DNA from: an uncultured Actinomycetes bacterium
GTDB taxonomy: Bacteria; SZUA-79; Acidulodesulfobacterales; Acidulodesulfobacteraceae
Reading direction: 5' to 3'
DNA length: 64,000 nt
NCBI GenBank assembly: GCA_964631685.1
Contig: CAZVZU010000002.1
Location: 197,216-261,215, forward strand
Shown here piece after piece: positions 29,047-39,742 of the stretch. Each line of letters begins with the position of its first letter. Positions within the stretch are counted from its first letter, which is position 1. The position numbers and the translations under genes were made by a program. The notes below the pieces were generated by a model. The model was not told the DNA's origin. It saw only the letters and a list, made by a program, of their open reading frames with translations, and made no database searches.

Positions 29047-29910
29047 CTATCTAAACCCATGGAATTCAGGAAATAAATAAAAAGAAAAACCCAAACTCGC
29101 AATGATCAGCAGAAAGCCTACTATGCTGAAAAATGCAGCCTTTCTCCCTCTCAAACCCCTTGCGACCCTTTCATGCATCAATATGGCATAAATAAGCCAT
29201 GTCACCAACGATATAATTTCAATTGGTTTTGCAATCATAAAAGATTTAAACAGAGAACTAGATAAATATATTCCCATGGCAATACCGACGGTAATAAGGG
29301 GAAAACCTATTTTCAAGCATTGGTAACTCATATTATCCAAGAGTTCCAAATTGTAACCCCTGCCATGGTAAAAAACATCATCGAACGGACGATTCTTTTT
29401 ATCAAATAATTTTAAATTTTTTTTAATCTTAACCCTTCTTTCCTGAAAAATATATATTAAAGAGATTATAAAAGCAAGAGCAAATAACGAATCCCCTATC
29501 AATATGAGAATTATATGGGTTAAAAGGACTGCTTCGTCAAAATTTGAAAAAAAGGGCCCAACACTTATATAAATGTGCGGCGCGACAAACCCTATTAATA
29601 AATTTATAGCAACAATGGGGGTTATATATATTAATATATATTTCGCCTTGTAAAAAAAGTTGAATAAAATAACCACAATCATTATGATCCATGCATTAAA
29701 AAAAACAATCCAGTCTATGGATGTTAAACTCTTAAGCCCGTGAATACTCAGCCACGTAAAAATAACCAAACTTTGTATTATAAATCCCACATAAATTAAC
29801 GATATAAAAATTCGATAAAACCTTTTTTTCCTCAACAAAAGAAAGATGTATGAAAAAATATAAATAAAAAACGGTATTAGATATAATTCTTTAAAGGTTA
29901 TGTGTATCAT
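29047..29910 (-). CDS. CcsA/HemX-like membrane protein
   Basis: Polytopic; THI, QER.VK.K, GFPLIT, W..Y...H.R...G.RGR; typical position before hemA; WWD motif degenerate. Confidence 0.8.
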   Translation of the reverse strand: MIHITFKELYLIPFFIYIFSYIFLLLRKKRFYRIFISLIYVGFIIQSLVIFTWLSIHGLKSLTSIDWIVFFNAWIIMIVVILFNFFYKAKYILIYITPIVAINLLIGFVAPHIYISVGPFFSNFDEAVLLTHIILILIGDSLFALAFIISLIYIFQERRVKIKKNLKLFDKKNRPFDDVFYHGRGYNLELLDNMSYQCLKIGFPLITVGIAMGIYLSSSLFKSFMIAKPIEIISLVTWLIYAILMHERVARGLRGRKAAFFSIVGFLLIIASLGFSFYLFPEFHGFR

Positions 29911-30557
29911 GCCCTATCCCTCTGCATAAAATTACTGATAAAAAAACTTATCTCGGAATATTTTTTATCTTTTACAAGTTCAAAAAGATCGGAGTCAACC
30001 AATTCTTCAAAAATTTTTTGATTTTTTCTCTGAGGCAATTTTTTCATTTTGATTTCATGCCTTATCAGTCCAAGAATTTTTACATAGGTATCATATTCAT
30101 CGCCATAAATTTTTTCTAAATCTTCCTTTATTTTTTTAGCAAGCCTCGGGCTCAATCCTCCCGTGAAAATAGCTATGTCGAATTCTCCCCTGGAGACGAG
30201 CGCAGGAAGAGTAAATGTACAGAATTCAGGTTTATCAGCAATATTAATCAAAATATTCTGCCTTATGCATCTCTTAAATAAACCATCCTCTATTTTCATA
30301 CTTTTTTCACACTGTGAAATCGCACAGAACACAGCAAACGCACCTTTTTCATCCCTTATTTTATAAACTCTATCATGCCATTTAAGCCTGCGTTTCTTGG
30401 CAAATTTTGCTATTTCAAGGGAAATTTCAGGGGAAATAACGGTTATATCGGCACCCCTTTCCAAAAGTCTTTCTACCTTTCTTGTCGCAACCGCACCGCC
30501 GCCGATAACAAGAACCCTCTTATGATAAATATTAAGGTTAACAGGGTAATACTTCAT
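29907..30557 (-). CDS. Precorrin-2 dehydrogenase/sirohydrochlorin ferrochelatase (SirC/Met8-like)
   Basis: YYPVNL, VIGGGAVATRK, NIADKPEFCTF..PA, TGGLSP. Confidence 0.9.
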   Translation of the reverse strand: MKYYPVNLNIYHKRVLVIGGGAVATRKVERLLERGADITVISPEISLEIAKFAKKRRLKWHDRVYKIRDEKGAFAVFCAISQCEKSMKIEDGLFKRCIRQNILINIADKPEFCTFTLPALVSRGEFDIAIFTGGLSPRLAKKIKEDLEKIYGDEYDTYVKILGLIRHEIKMKKLPQRKNQKIFEELVDSDLFELVKDKKYSEISFFISNFMQRDRA

Positions 30558-30586
30558 ATATATTTACTAGCGCCTCCTCTATTAAT

Positions 30587-30596
30587 CCCCCCCCCC
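30587..30596. repeat. C10 (G10 on the coding strand) homopolymer in the heme operon leader
   Basis: aat-CCCCCCCCCC-ttca, about 30 nt before the sirC-like start codon. Confidence 0.9.
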
Positions 30597-30639
30597 TTCA
30601 GCAAAAGGAGAGAAATAAAAACAACAAATTTATATATAT

Positions 30640-31215
30640 CTATTCGCCAAAGACTATGGCCGAAAAAATATATATATCAGCACCGCTTTTATAAGCATCG
30701 GGTGAAAGCCCCGCCTTCACAGAAACAGCTTCCAAAAAATCTTTTCTATTCATTTTATATTCAGTGGCAACCTGCGGAAGCAAAACCCCGCGATATGACC
30801 CCTTCGTGATATATAAGCCATGTTTGCCTACTTCAATAGTGTCAAGGTCATCTATCTTCTCTAGCGGAGACAAGACCGATATCTCTATTTTTATTTGTCC
30901 AAATGCCGCATAGCTTAATGGCGCAAACCTCGGGTCTCCGAAAGCCGCTTCCTTGGCCATTCTATAAACATTTTTAAAAATAGGGGTATCTGCAATAAAA
31001 TTGCCAATACACCCTCTTAGCTGGTCATTTCCAGTTTTCAACGTGACAAAAACACCAAAATTAATTTTAAGATTATCCGTAATTTTAAGTAGTAAATCCG
31101 GCGAGTTTATAGATTCATCTCTATTTTTATCAAGGCTGTCTTTAATGGCGTCTCTGGCTATTTTTATTAAAACGGCTTTTTCTTTCTCTGTTAAATAAAA
31201 ATTTTTCATGATCAT
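30640..31215 (-). CDS. AmmeMemoRadiSam system protein A (AMMECR1 family)
   Basis: GVFVTL, LRGCIG, AAFGDPRF, EISVLS, LLPQVA, KAGL. Confidence 0.92.
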   Translation of the reverse strand: MIMKNFYLTEKEKAVLIKIARDAIKDSLDKNRDESINSPDLLLKITDNLKINFGVFVTLKTGNDQLRGCIGNFIADTPIFKNVYRMAKEAAFGDPRFAPLSYAAFGQIKIEISVLSPLEKIDDLDTIEVGKHGLYITKGSYRGVLLPQVATEYKMNRKDFLEAVSVKAGLSPDAYKSGADIYIFSAIVFGE

Positions 31216-31242
31216 GTACTTCCAATTGTATTATTGTTAAAT

Positions 31243-31668
31243 TTAAATATTTTCAATTTTATACGACCATTCAATTTCTACCGAATTTTTCAACATAGCC
31301 CAAACAGAACAATATTTATTTTCAGACAATTCAATTGCCCTTTTAACCGCTTGTTCATCTACATCTTTACCTTTAATTTCATAAGTTATGAACATTTTGG
31401 TAAATACTCTAGGATGCGTTTCTGCCCTCTCTCCCGTTACATTCACCTTATAGGATGTTATATTTTGCTTTTTCTTCTTCAGTATGGAAAGTATATCCAT
31501 AGAACTACAGCCGGCAAGCCCTGCGAGAATTAAATCTGTAGGTCTCATACCATCCTGCTTATTTTCTCCCGCATCTTTGTAGGCATCGAGCAAAATGGAA
31601 TAATTACTGTTTTGATCTGAATACGCCTTAAACCGTAAATCCTTAAGATATTCTAACTTTATACCCAT
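31243..31668 (-). CDS. OsmC family protein
   Basis: RPTDL..GLAGCSSMD, KYCSV. Confidence 0.9.
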   Translation of the reverse strand: MGIKLEYLKDLRFKAYSDQNSNYSILLDAYKDAGENKQDGMRPTDLILAGLAGCSSMDILSILKKKKQNITSYKVNVTGERAETHPRVFTKMFITYEIKGKDVDEQAVKRAIELSENKYCSVWAMLKNSVEIEWSYKIENI

Positions 31669-31698
31669 AATTCGCCCTCCATATTGATTTTAAGATAT

Positions 31699-32736
31699 TT
31701 AAACAAACTCATTTTTTATATCTCTTTCTAAAAGCCTGACTATTGCATCTTTGGGCATTAGTCCTTCGTAAAGTACGGAATAGACTACCCCCGTTATCGG
31801 CATATATATATTTTTCTCTTTAGCTATGATATGCACAGACTTTGTTGTGACAATGCCTTCAGCTACCATCTTCATATCATTCAGGATCGATTTTAGGTCC
31901 CTGCCCTTACCTAAGCCCAGGCCAACAGACCTATTTCTGCTCAAGTCCGATGTAGATGTCAGTATCAAATCACCTAAACCCGATAAACCGGTAAAAGTAA
32001 GCCTATCCGCACCCAATGCCTCACCAAATCTGGTCATTTCAACAATACCTCTGGTCAAAAGTGCTGCCCTTGCATTGTTGCCCAAATTAAGCCCATCGGA
32101 AATGCCCGCTGCGAGAGCCATAATGTTCTTAAGCCCCCCTCCAAGCTCCACCCCTATAACATCGCTCAATGTATATATTCTAAAGTTTACTATATTTTTA
32201 AAAAATATTTTCAACTCATCCAGGATCTTTTCATTAAAGGAAGCAACACACACAGCCGTGGGAAGGTGCCTGGATACCTCAACGGCAAAACTCGGACCAC
32301 TAAGTACCGCGTATCTATCAAGCATGCCTAATGCCTTAGCGAAAACCCTGTGAGGCATATCCATGGATTTATCCCCTAGGCCCTTCGCTGTATTTATGAA
32401 AATGTAATCATGAAGGTTAAATTTATTCTCATAAGTCTTTATTTTTGATAAAGTCTCTTGCATCGCATTGGAAGGTACAACAAGAAATATGATACGGCAG
32501 TTATTGAAAACAGTTTCATAACTATCCGTTACTTCTATATTTGCATCAAGCCGAATCCCTTTGAGATAATATTCATTTTGCCTCTCTTTACTTAATATTT
32601 CTGCAAATTTACTGCTTCTGCATTTAAGATATACATTCGGAGTAAATTTTGAAAAATTGACGGCAAGCGCCGTTCCGAAACTACCCGAACCTATTATGCC
32701 TATAGAACTTTGCATATTAAAATCCCTAGTATTCAT
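31699..32736 (-). CDS. gpsA: NAD(P)H-dependent glycerol-3-phosphate dehydrogenase
   Basis: GSGSFGTAL, SGPSFA, LKNI, GLGDLILT, SRNR. Confidence 0.95.
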   Translation of the reverse strand: MNTRDFNMQSSIGIIGSGSFGTALAVNFSKFTPNVYLKCRSSKFAEILSKERQNEYYLKGIRLDANIEVTDSYETVFNNCRIIFLVVPSNAMQETLSKIKTYENKFNLHDYIFINTAKGLGDKSMDMPHRVFAKALGMLDRYAVLSGPSFAVEVSRHLPTAVCVASFNEKILDELKIFFKNIVNFRIYTLSDVIGVELGGGLKNIMALAAGISDGLNLGNNARAALLTRGIVEMTRFGEALGADRLTFTGLSGLGDLILTSTSDLSRNRSVGLGLGKGRDLKSILNDMKMVAEGIVTTKSVHIIAKEKNIYMPITGVVYSVLYEGLMPKDAIVRLLERDIKNEFV

Positions 32737-32773
32737 ATATTGTTACCACACAAACAAAAAATAACTATTCACA

Positions 32774-35224
32774 CTATATCACCGGCACAACAACATCATC
32801 TTGCTCGTTCAAACCACCGGAAGCAATCACTGCGCTGACGACCCTTTCGTTTTCATTAAGATTAATCAACCTTACTCCCATTGCATTTCTTCTAATGCTT
32901 CTTAAACTTGAAGCATTTATTCTTATGATCTTACCGTTAGATGTTATTATTATAATATCATTATCCCCCGATGCTTTTAAAACCGCGACAACAAAACCGT
33001 TTCTTCGCCCTGTCTTTATGGCTATTATACCTTTTCCACCCTTATTTTGCTTTCTAAATTCAGTCATTTTTGTTTTTTTGCCATATCCATTTTCTGTAAA
33101 GGCTATCAGATAATCATCCTTCGAGGAAAGCAAATCCATTGAAACAACCGAATCATCCGGAGAAAGTCTTATCCCTCGGACGCCCATAGCTCCCCTGCCC
33201 AACGTTCTAAAATCGTCAATAGCGACACAAATAGACTGGCCCATCTTTGTTGCTATTACTATGCGCTGATTATTAAGCGTATTGTCAGCTATATGTGTAT
33301 TTATTACCTCATCCCCACCTTTAAGCCTTATTGCAATTAACCCGCCTTTTCTGACATTAGCAAATTTATCAAGCGATGTTTTGATAACCTGACCGTTCTT
33401 TGTTGCTATAAAAATAGAATAATTCTCATCAAAATTTACAATTGGAAGAACGGATGAAATAACTTCATTTTCTCGTAAAGCCAAGAGGTTTACTATAGGT
33501 TTACCCTTTGATGATCTTTGTGTTTCAGGTATGTTATAAACATTCAATTTAAAAGCATTCCCTTTATTTGTGATAAACAGAATGGATTCAAGAGCATTTG
33601 CGCAGAAAGAGTTTACAACAAAATCTTCTTCTTTTGATTTTATGCCGGTCTGACCCTTCCCGCCTCTATTTTGAGCCTTAAAAGTTGATAATTTTGTCCT
33701 TTTGATGTAGCCGTTTTCTGTCATCATGACTATCATGGCTTCATTGGCAATAAGATCAGTGATTGTAACCTCGTTTTCTTCCTTGACTATCTCCGTTTTT
33801 CTTTCATCGCCAAACTTATTCTTTATGAGTTTAAGTTCTTCCTTAATAACATCTTTTATAAGCCTTTCGCTTCCCAAAAGCTCTTTTAACTGTTTCACCT
33901 TATTTAGTATCTCTTCATATTCCTTAATGATCCGTTCGCGTTCTAAATTGGTAATTTTTTCCAATTTTAAATCTAGAACCGCACGTGCCTGAATTTCGGT
34001 AAATTTATATTTATCTATAAGGCGAGCTCGGGCTTCCGCAGGGGACTGTGAATTTTTTATAAGTTCAATAACCTCGTCAATATTTTGGGCTACGGTCCTA
34101 AATGCCTCTAATATATGGAGGCGAGCCTCTGCCTTTTTTAATTCAAATAATGTCCTTTTTGTAATAACCTCTTTTCTAAAATCAATAAATAGAGATATTG
34201 TATCACTTATGTTCAATACCTTAGGTTGATTATTTACTATGGCCAGAAAAATAACCCCAAATGTTTCCTCAAGCTGGGTGTGTTTGAATAGATTATTCAT
34301 TACAACTGTTTCATTAGCATCCCTTTTTAATTCTATAACTATCCTTAGACCTTCTCTATCAGATTCATCCCTAAGGTCCGATATTCCCTCAATTTTTTTT
34401 TGCTTAACAAGATCGGCTATCCTTTCTAATATTTTTGATTTATTTACTTGGTACGGTATCTCGGTTATAATTATTTTAGATTTTTCAAAATGATGTCGCG
34501 CTCTTACTTTTATAAGCCCTCTTCCTGTTTTAAAGTAATTATTTATTCCCGTGTGTCCATAAATTATCCCTCCCGTGGGAAAATCGGGACCCTTAATTAT
34601 GGTTGTCAATTCTTCTATGCTACAGTCTGCGTGATCCATGAAGTAAAGTGTTGCATCTATTGTTTCAGTGAGATTATGCGGAGGAATATTAGATGCCATC
34701 CCTACGGCAATACCCGATGAACCATTGACAAGCAAATTTGGGAACTTTGCGGGCAAGATTGTAGGCTCTTTTAACGAGCCGTCATAATTAGGAACGAAAT
34801 CTACCGTTTCAAAATCTATATCGTCCAATAAAAATGATGAAAGCTTAGTCATTTTGATTTCTGTATATCTCATAGCAGCGGGAGGATCTCCATCAATTGA
34901 ACCAAAATTTCCCTGGCCATCTACGAGCGGGTATCTCAGAGAAAAATCTTGCGCCATTCTGACGATGGAATCATAAACCGCTGAATCTCCATGAGGATGG
35001 TATTTACCAATAACATCACCAACAATTCTTGCCGATTTTTTGTAAGATTTATTAAAACTGTTGCCAATATCGTTCATGGCAAAAAGGATTCTTCTATGGA
35101 CAGGCTTTAGTCCGTCTTTAATCTCCGGAAGCGCCCTTCCTATGATCACGCTCATCGCATAATCAAGATACGATTGCCTCATCTCATCTTCTATGTTGAT
35201 ATTGATAATGCCCTTTTGGTCCAA
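32774..35224 (-). CDS. gyrA: DNA gyrase subunit A
   Basis: [23 protein letters not shown], GyrA-box QNRGGKG, beta-pinwheel repeats; TTG start after GGAGG. Confidence 0.98.
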   Translation of the reverse strand: MDQKGIININIEDEMRQSYLDYAMSVIIGRALPEIKDGLKPVHRRILFAMNDIGNSFNKSYKKSARIVGDVIGKYHPHGDSAVYDSIVRMAQDFSLRYPLVDGQGNFGSIDGDPPAAMRYTEIKMTKLSSFLLDDIDFETVDFVPNYDGSLKEPTILPAKFPNLLVNGSSGIAVGMASNIPPHNLTETIDATLYFMDHADCSIEELTTIIKGPDFPTGGIIYGHTGINNYFKTGRGLIKVRARHHFEKSKIIITEIPYQVNKSKILERIADLVKQKKIEGISDLRDESDREGLRIVIELKRDANETVVMNNLFKHTQLEETFGVIFLAIVNNQPKVLNISDTISLFIDFRKEVITKRTLFELKKAEARLHILEAFRTVAQNIDEVIELIKNSQSPAEARARLIDKYKFTEIQARAVLDLKLEKITNLERERIIKEYEEILNKVKQLKELLGSERLIKDVIKEELKLIKNKFGDERKTEIVKEENEVTITDLIANEAMIVMMTENGYIKRTKLSTFKAQNRGGKGQTGIKSKEEDFVVNSFCANALESILFITNKGNAFKLNVYNIPETQRSSKGKPIVNLLALRENEVISSVLPIVNFDENYSIFIATKNGQVIKTSLDKFANVRKGGLIAIRLKGGDEVINTHIADNTLNNQRIVIATKMGQSICVAIDDFRTLGRGAMGVRGIRLSPDDSVVSMDLLSSKDDYLIAFTENGYGKKTKMTEFRKQNKGGKGIIAIKTGRRNGFVVAVLKASGDNDIIIITSNGKIIRINASSLRSIRRNAMGVRLINLNENERVVSAVIASGGLNEQDDVVVPVI

Positions 35225-35296
35225 AATTCCTCCTCTATCGTCTTATATTAATGTGCCGTTTTTTTATTTTTATATTGTAATGTTTTTATATGACGA

Positions 35297-36301
35297 TTAC
35301 CCGCCGATCCCATTCATAAAATCATTAGCCCCCATCAAGGAACCAGGGTTCTTAATTTTTTCGCCAAAATTATGCTTATTTTTTTTCAATTGAATCAGAT
35401 CGGAAACATAACGAAAAATAACTTCATCATTCTTCTCTTTCAGTAGTTCCTTAATATTATACTCATTATCATAAAAAAGACATGGCCTTAATCTGCCTGA
35501 TGGCGTGAGCCTTAACCTGTTACAGCTACCACAGAAATGCTCCGATAATGGGCTTATAAATCCGATGGTCGCCTTGCTATCTGTAAATCCGTACTCCCTA
35601 CTAACTTCATCGCCCATAACTCTATGATGTAATGGATTAAAATCTGCGAATACACTTTTTATTATTTTCTCAATCTCCTTTGAAGTAACTGCTTCCGTGA
35701 TATTTCCACCAATGGGCATATATTCGATAAATCTCAAGTTTAGATTAAATTCTCTTGCAAAATTGACAAAATCGATAATTTCGTCATCATTTACACCTTT
35801 TATTAAAACGGTATTAATTTTTATAGGGTCATATCCAATTTCTTTTGCAAGTTTTAAACCATTCAATACAGATCTTAAGCCGCCAAATCTTGTTATTTGA
35901 TTAAATCTATCTTCCCTGAGTGTATCAATGCTTATATTTATCCTTTTAAGTCCTGCATTATAAAGTGTCTGTGCAAATTTACCCAGAAGAATTGCATTCG
36001 TAGTCATAGAGATATCGTGTATACCGGGTATCTCACTTAAGTGACCTATGAATTCCGTCACACCTTTTCTTACCAGAGGCTCTCCCCCGGTTATTCTTAC
36101 CTTGCAAACGCCGTGATTTGCCAGAACATTAACAAATTTTAAAATATTCTCATAAGACATTATTTCATCATGGGTTAAGGAATCAATACCCTTTTCGGGC
36201 ATACAGTAAATGCACCTCAAATTGCACCTATCCGTTATGCTTACTCTTAAATATGTTATCTTTCTGCCACTTCCGTCAACTAATGGTTCCATTCTATCCA
36301 C
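35297..36301 (-). CDS. moaA: GTP 3',8-cyclase
   Basis: YLRVSITDRCNLRCIYCMP, FCGSCNRLR, C-terminal GG. Confidence 0.96.
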   Translation of the reverse strand: MDRMEPLVDGSGRKITYLRVSITDRCNLRCIYCMPEKGIDSLTHDEIMSYENILKFVNVLANHGVCKVRITGGEPLVRKGVTEFIGHLSEIPGIHDISMTTNAILLGKFAQTLYNAGLKRINISIDTLREDRFNQITRFGGLRSVLNGLKLAKEIGYDPIKINTVLIKGVNDDEIIDFVNFAREFNLNLRFIEYMPIGGNITEAVTSKEIEKIIKSVFADFNPLHHRVMGDEVSREYGFTDSKATIGFISPLSEHFCGSCNRLRLTPSGRLRPCLFYDNEYNIKELLKEKNDEVIFRYVSDLIQLKKNKHNFGEKIKNPGSLMGANDFMNGIGG

Positions 36302-36327
36302 AACAAACCTTGTCTCCTGTAAATAAG

Positions 36328-38700
36328 TTAAAATAATTTAAAAAAAGACTGTGGGCTCTTAATCTTTTTTTGTTTTATACTCAGGGTTGGTTCTGTCCCC
36401 GAAATATAAGGCATTAAAATAGGATCCTTGTAACCAGAATTTGCAATCAAACCCGTGTACGGATTAATCTCTGCAAACACCACTCCCTTTGGTATTTTAA
36501 ACGCACTTGGAGAATAGATAGCAAGTGCCTTTGACATATAAAAATCCCATATAGGCGCGGCCGTTACGGCTCCAACCATAAATCTCCCCATAGATTGAAA
36601 ATTGTCTAGCCCTGTCCAAACACCTGTCACCAAAGATGATGTATATCCGACAAAAACGCCATCCTTATACTGGCTTGACGAACCTGTTTTTCCCGCAACA
36701 TAAGATGTAATTTTCCTTATTTTAGAGACAGTAACACCCGTGCCGTGAGTAATAACCCGCTCAAGCATATTTGTAAGAACGTATGCGACCTGAGGAGTTA
36801 ACACCTGTTTGCATTCAGGTTTGCCGTGATAAAGCTCTTTGCCTCCCGGCGTTAATATCTTGATGATAAAAATAGGCTTGCATACCTTCCCGCCGTTAGC
36901 AAACGATGTATAGGCATTAGTCAAATTGACAAGCCTGACGCTTGAGGAACCCAGTGCCATAGTCAGATTTCTAACAACATGCTGAATACCCAAAGCATTG
37001 GCTAAATGCGCAACTTTACCCACTCCGACCTTTTTTAGAAGCTTTACAGCAACGACATCAATGGATTGTGCAAGTCCTACTAAAAGAGTAGTAGGGCCGG
37101 TAAATTGCCGGGAAAAATTTTGCGGCTTATAGTACTTTCCCGAAATACCCGTTGGATAAATTGCAGGCGTATTGTTGATTATGGACGAAGGGGTATATCC
37201 CTGCATTAATGCCTCAGCATATACTATTGGCTTAAATGCGGAACCGGTTTGCCTTTTGGCATAAAGTGCCCTATTAAACTGCGTTTTTTGAAAATTATGT
37301 CCGCCGACCATAGCTCTCACATATCCGTTCTTCGGATCGATCGAAATCAGCGCTCCTTCTACGATATTTTTTTCTTCTAATGAAAAAATAGGCTTATGAT
37401 TGTCACTATAACCTTTAAACTTGACTAATATTTCGTATCCCGGTTTCAGTGCCTGACTGACATTACTGATCCTTCTATTGATATAGTAGACATAACGCTT
37501 AAACTTGGATGCCCACCTCATATTACTAAGCGGAATAATTCCCTTAAACTTCCCTACAGTAATGTCAGCAAACTGCCCATTTGGAGGAATCCACGTAACT
37601 ATGCCGTTGTAAAGACTGCCAATAATTAAATGTTTTATCAAAACTTTCGATTTATCTATTGCTTTAATCATGTCATGATAACTTAATTTCTTAAGAGGGC
37701 CGGTATATCCATATTCATGGGATAGTTTTACGAGCCCGGTTTTCACAGCGTCATCTGCATATTTCTGAGCTTTCGCGTTTAAAGCGGTGTAAATCTTAAG
37801 CCCGCCCTCTTTATAAACAGCCAGCCCGTATTTACTTACAATTTTTTGCTTTATAAAGGCAAGATAGTAGGGCGCTACCCCATAATATTTAAAATAATTA
37901 TGAAAAATCAGCTTTGCGTTGTAAGCGTTTAACTCTTGAGTTTTTGTTATAAATCCATCTTTCATCATTTGGCCCAAGACATATTTCTGCCTCCTTTTGG
38001 CATCCTTATAATTAATGTAAGGATCCAAAAAAGACGGGGCCTGGGGCAATCCCCCGAGTATTGCTGCCTGGGCAAGATTTAGGCTCCATACTGGAACACC
38101 AAAATATGTGAGAGATGCTGCCTCAATACCATATGCATTATTGCCTAAATATATCTGGTTAAGGTAAATGTCTAAGATATCATTTTTTGATAAATGGTTG
38201 GCTATTCGGTAGGCCAAGATGGCCTCGCGCAGTTTCCAAATGTATGATCTTTTATATGGAATCAAAAGGGTTTTGGCCACCTGTTGCGTTATCGTTGAGC
38301 CTCCCTCAACAATGCGTCCTGCCATAATATTAATCACAAAAGCTCTCGCAATTGCCTTGTAATCTATCGGTCCCTGATTGTAAAAATTTTTATCCTCTGC
38401 AGCCAAGAAGGCCTCTCTAACCTGCAGGGGTATATCGGAAAAGAGGACAACAACCCTATTGACATTACCCGAGTAACCGATTAATTTTTCATTGGAAGAA
38501 TATATATAATTAACCTGTTGCGGATTATAGCTTTTAAGAGAAACAATATTTGGAACTGTATACGAAAGTAAAAAATAAAGTATCACTAAAATAATTACGG
38601 GGGTAAATATTAAGAAAAATATACCCGCTGCCATTATTTTTAGTAATTTTTTTTTCGTTTGTTTTGGTTTGTTTTTATTCGAAGACTTACTTATAGGCAT
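36328..38700 (-). CDS. Class A penicillin-binding protein (PBP1A family)
   Basis: AAED..F, GGSTITQQ, YLNQIY; SAFK, GKTG. Confidence 0.93.
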   Translation of the reverse strand: MPISKSSNKNKPKQTKKKLLKIMAAGIFFLIFTPVIILVILYFLLSYTVPNIVSLKSYNPQQVNYIYSSNEKLIGYSGNVNRVVVLFSDIPLQVREAFLAAEDKNFYNQGPIDYKAIARAFVINIMAGRIVEGGSTITQQVAKTLLIPYKRSYIWKLREAILAYRIANHLSKNDILDIYLNQIYLGNNAYGIEAASLTYFGVPVWSLNLAQAAILGGLPQAPSFLDPYINYKDAKRRQKYVLGQMMKDGFITKTQELNAYNAKLIFHNYFKYYGVAPYYLAFIKQKIVSKYGLAVYKEGGLKIYTALNAKAQKYADDAVKTGLVKLSHEYGYTGPLKKLSYHDMIKAIDKSKVLIKHLIIGSLYNGIVTWIPPNGQFADITVGKFKGIIPLSNMRWASKFKRYVYYINRRISNVSQALKPGYEILVKFKGYSDNHKPIFSLEEKNIVEGALISIDPKNGYVRAMVGGHNFQKTQFNRALYAKRQTGSAFKPIVYAEALMQGYTPSSIINNTPAIYPTGISGKYYKPQNFSRQFTGPTTLLVGLAQSIDVVAVKLLKKVGVGKVAHLANALGIQHVVRNLTMALGSSSVRLVNLTNAYTSFANGGKVCKPIFIIKILTPGGKELYHGKPECKQVLTPQVAYVLTNMLERVITHGTGVTVSKIRKITSYVAGKTGSSSQYKDGVFVGYTSSLVTGVWTGLDNFQSMGRFMVGAVTAAPIWDFYMSKALAIYSPSAFKIPKGVVFAEINPYTGLIANSGYKDPILMPYISGTEPTLSIKQKKIKSPQSFFKLF

Positions 38701-38833
38701 AAGTTTTATAAAAAAATTAAATTAAACGCACACTTCATTATTATACAATATAAATTTGTTTATTGCATGATAAAATTGATCGCCATTACAAGGGCATTTT
38801 TTGAAATAGCTCCTTGTTTGTTATTAATTTTTC

Positions 38834-38862
38834 TTGACAAACGAACATATGTGCATTAAAAT
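38834..38862 (+). promoter_or_regulatory. sigma70 promoter with a palindrome in the spacer
   Basis: TTGACA-N17-TAAAAT; ACATATGT at 38845-38852. Confidence 0.7.
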
Positions 38863-38903
38863 AATATTAATTGTTATATAGCTATATTCAAATATATCGA
38901 ATA

Positions 38904-39197
38904 ATGAATAGAAGAAGATGCAGAAAATTTAGAAGCATAGTATTTAACCCAATATCAGACTGTTTTAAGCCATGCGGAATTCCACTGAAAGAACTTGAAA
39001 CAATCTCCATGGATGCGGATGAAATGGAGTCCTTAAGGCTTATAGATTTCGAAGGACTGTATCAACAGAATGCATCAGAGAAAATGAACATATCAAGAAC
39101 TACGCTTTCAAGAACCGTGACAAGAGCAAGGCGAAAGTTGGCGGATGCTGTTATCAACGGTAAGGGGTTGCTTATAATGAAAATTAAAGAATCTTAG
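38904..39197 (+). CDS. DUF134 family HTH protein
   Basis: FKPCGIP..EL, DEMESLRLIDFEGLYQ, MNISRTT, ARRKLADA..GK; start at ATG 38904. Confidence 0.9.
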   Translation: MNRRRCRKFRSIVFNPISDCFKPCGIPLKELETISMDADEMESLRLIDFEGLYQQNASEKMNISRTTLSRTVTRARRKLADAVINGKGLLIMKIKES

Positions 39198-39251
39198 GTA
39201 GAATATTAATCATATTTTTAAAATTAACATTAAATTTAGAGGTAGATTAAA

Positions 39252-39653
39252 ATGAAAGTTAAAACAAAGATCATTATGCCAATCCGTAACGGTTATCTGG
39301 AACCTCATTTCGGAAGAGCTGAGCAATTTATCCTTTATGAAATAGAAAATGGTAAGGTGACCGATAAAACGGAGATATTCAATGAAACAAGCGGGGCGCA
39401 TAAGTGCAGCCATGGCAACGGCGAACATTCTGAATCTACAAGGCATCACGATGACATGGCACAATTTATAAAATCAAACGGGGCAGACATTCTCGTAACC
39501 TGCGGTATAGGACCCGGTGCTATAAACAACATTAAATCTCAGGGAATAGATGTTATAAGAGGAATTGCACCAAGGAAAACAGATGAAATCATATACGATT
39601 TTGTCGATGGCAAATTAAAGCAAGACCCCGAGATAAAAATCTGCAGACATTAA
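39252..39653 (+). CDS. NifB/NifX-family (FeMo-co-binding fold) protein with His-rich insert
   Basis: PHFGRA, GIGPGA...GI.V, C-terminal CRH. Confidence 0.87.
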   Translation: MKVKTKIIMPIRNGYLEPHFGRAEQFILYEIENGKVTDKTEIFNETSGAHKCSHGNGEHSESTRHHDDMAQFIKSNGADILVTCGIGPGAINNIKSQGIDVIRGIAPRKTDEIIYDFVDGKLKQDPEIKICRH

Positions 39654-39675
39654 ATTCAGTGCACTCTTGATTATA

Positions 39676-39730
39676 ATAAGCATAAAGCGCCTCATTAAAA
39701 GACACATTCAAATTGGCGCTTTATGCTTAT
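39676..39730. terminator. Inverted repeat between convergent genes (likely terminator)
   Basis: 16-bp arms ATAAGCATAAAGCGCC/GGCGCTTTATGCTTAT. Confidence 0.7.
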
Positions 39731-39742
39731 GAAAACTACATA

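Noticed and set aside
32774..35224. gyrA without adjacent gyrB, possible parC
   Set aside because: The GyrA-box is present, and unlinked gyrA/gyrB is common.
39252..39653. Calling this gene nifX
   Set aside because: It is far from the nif cluster, has a sigma70 promoter and sits with DUF134, so it is the generic family.
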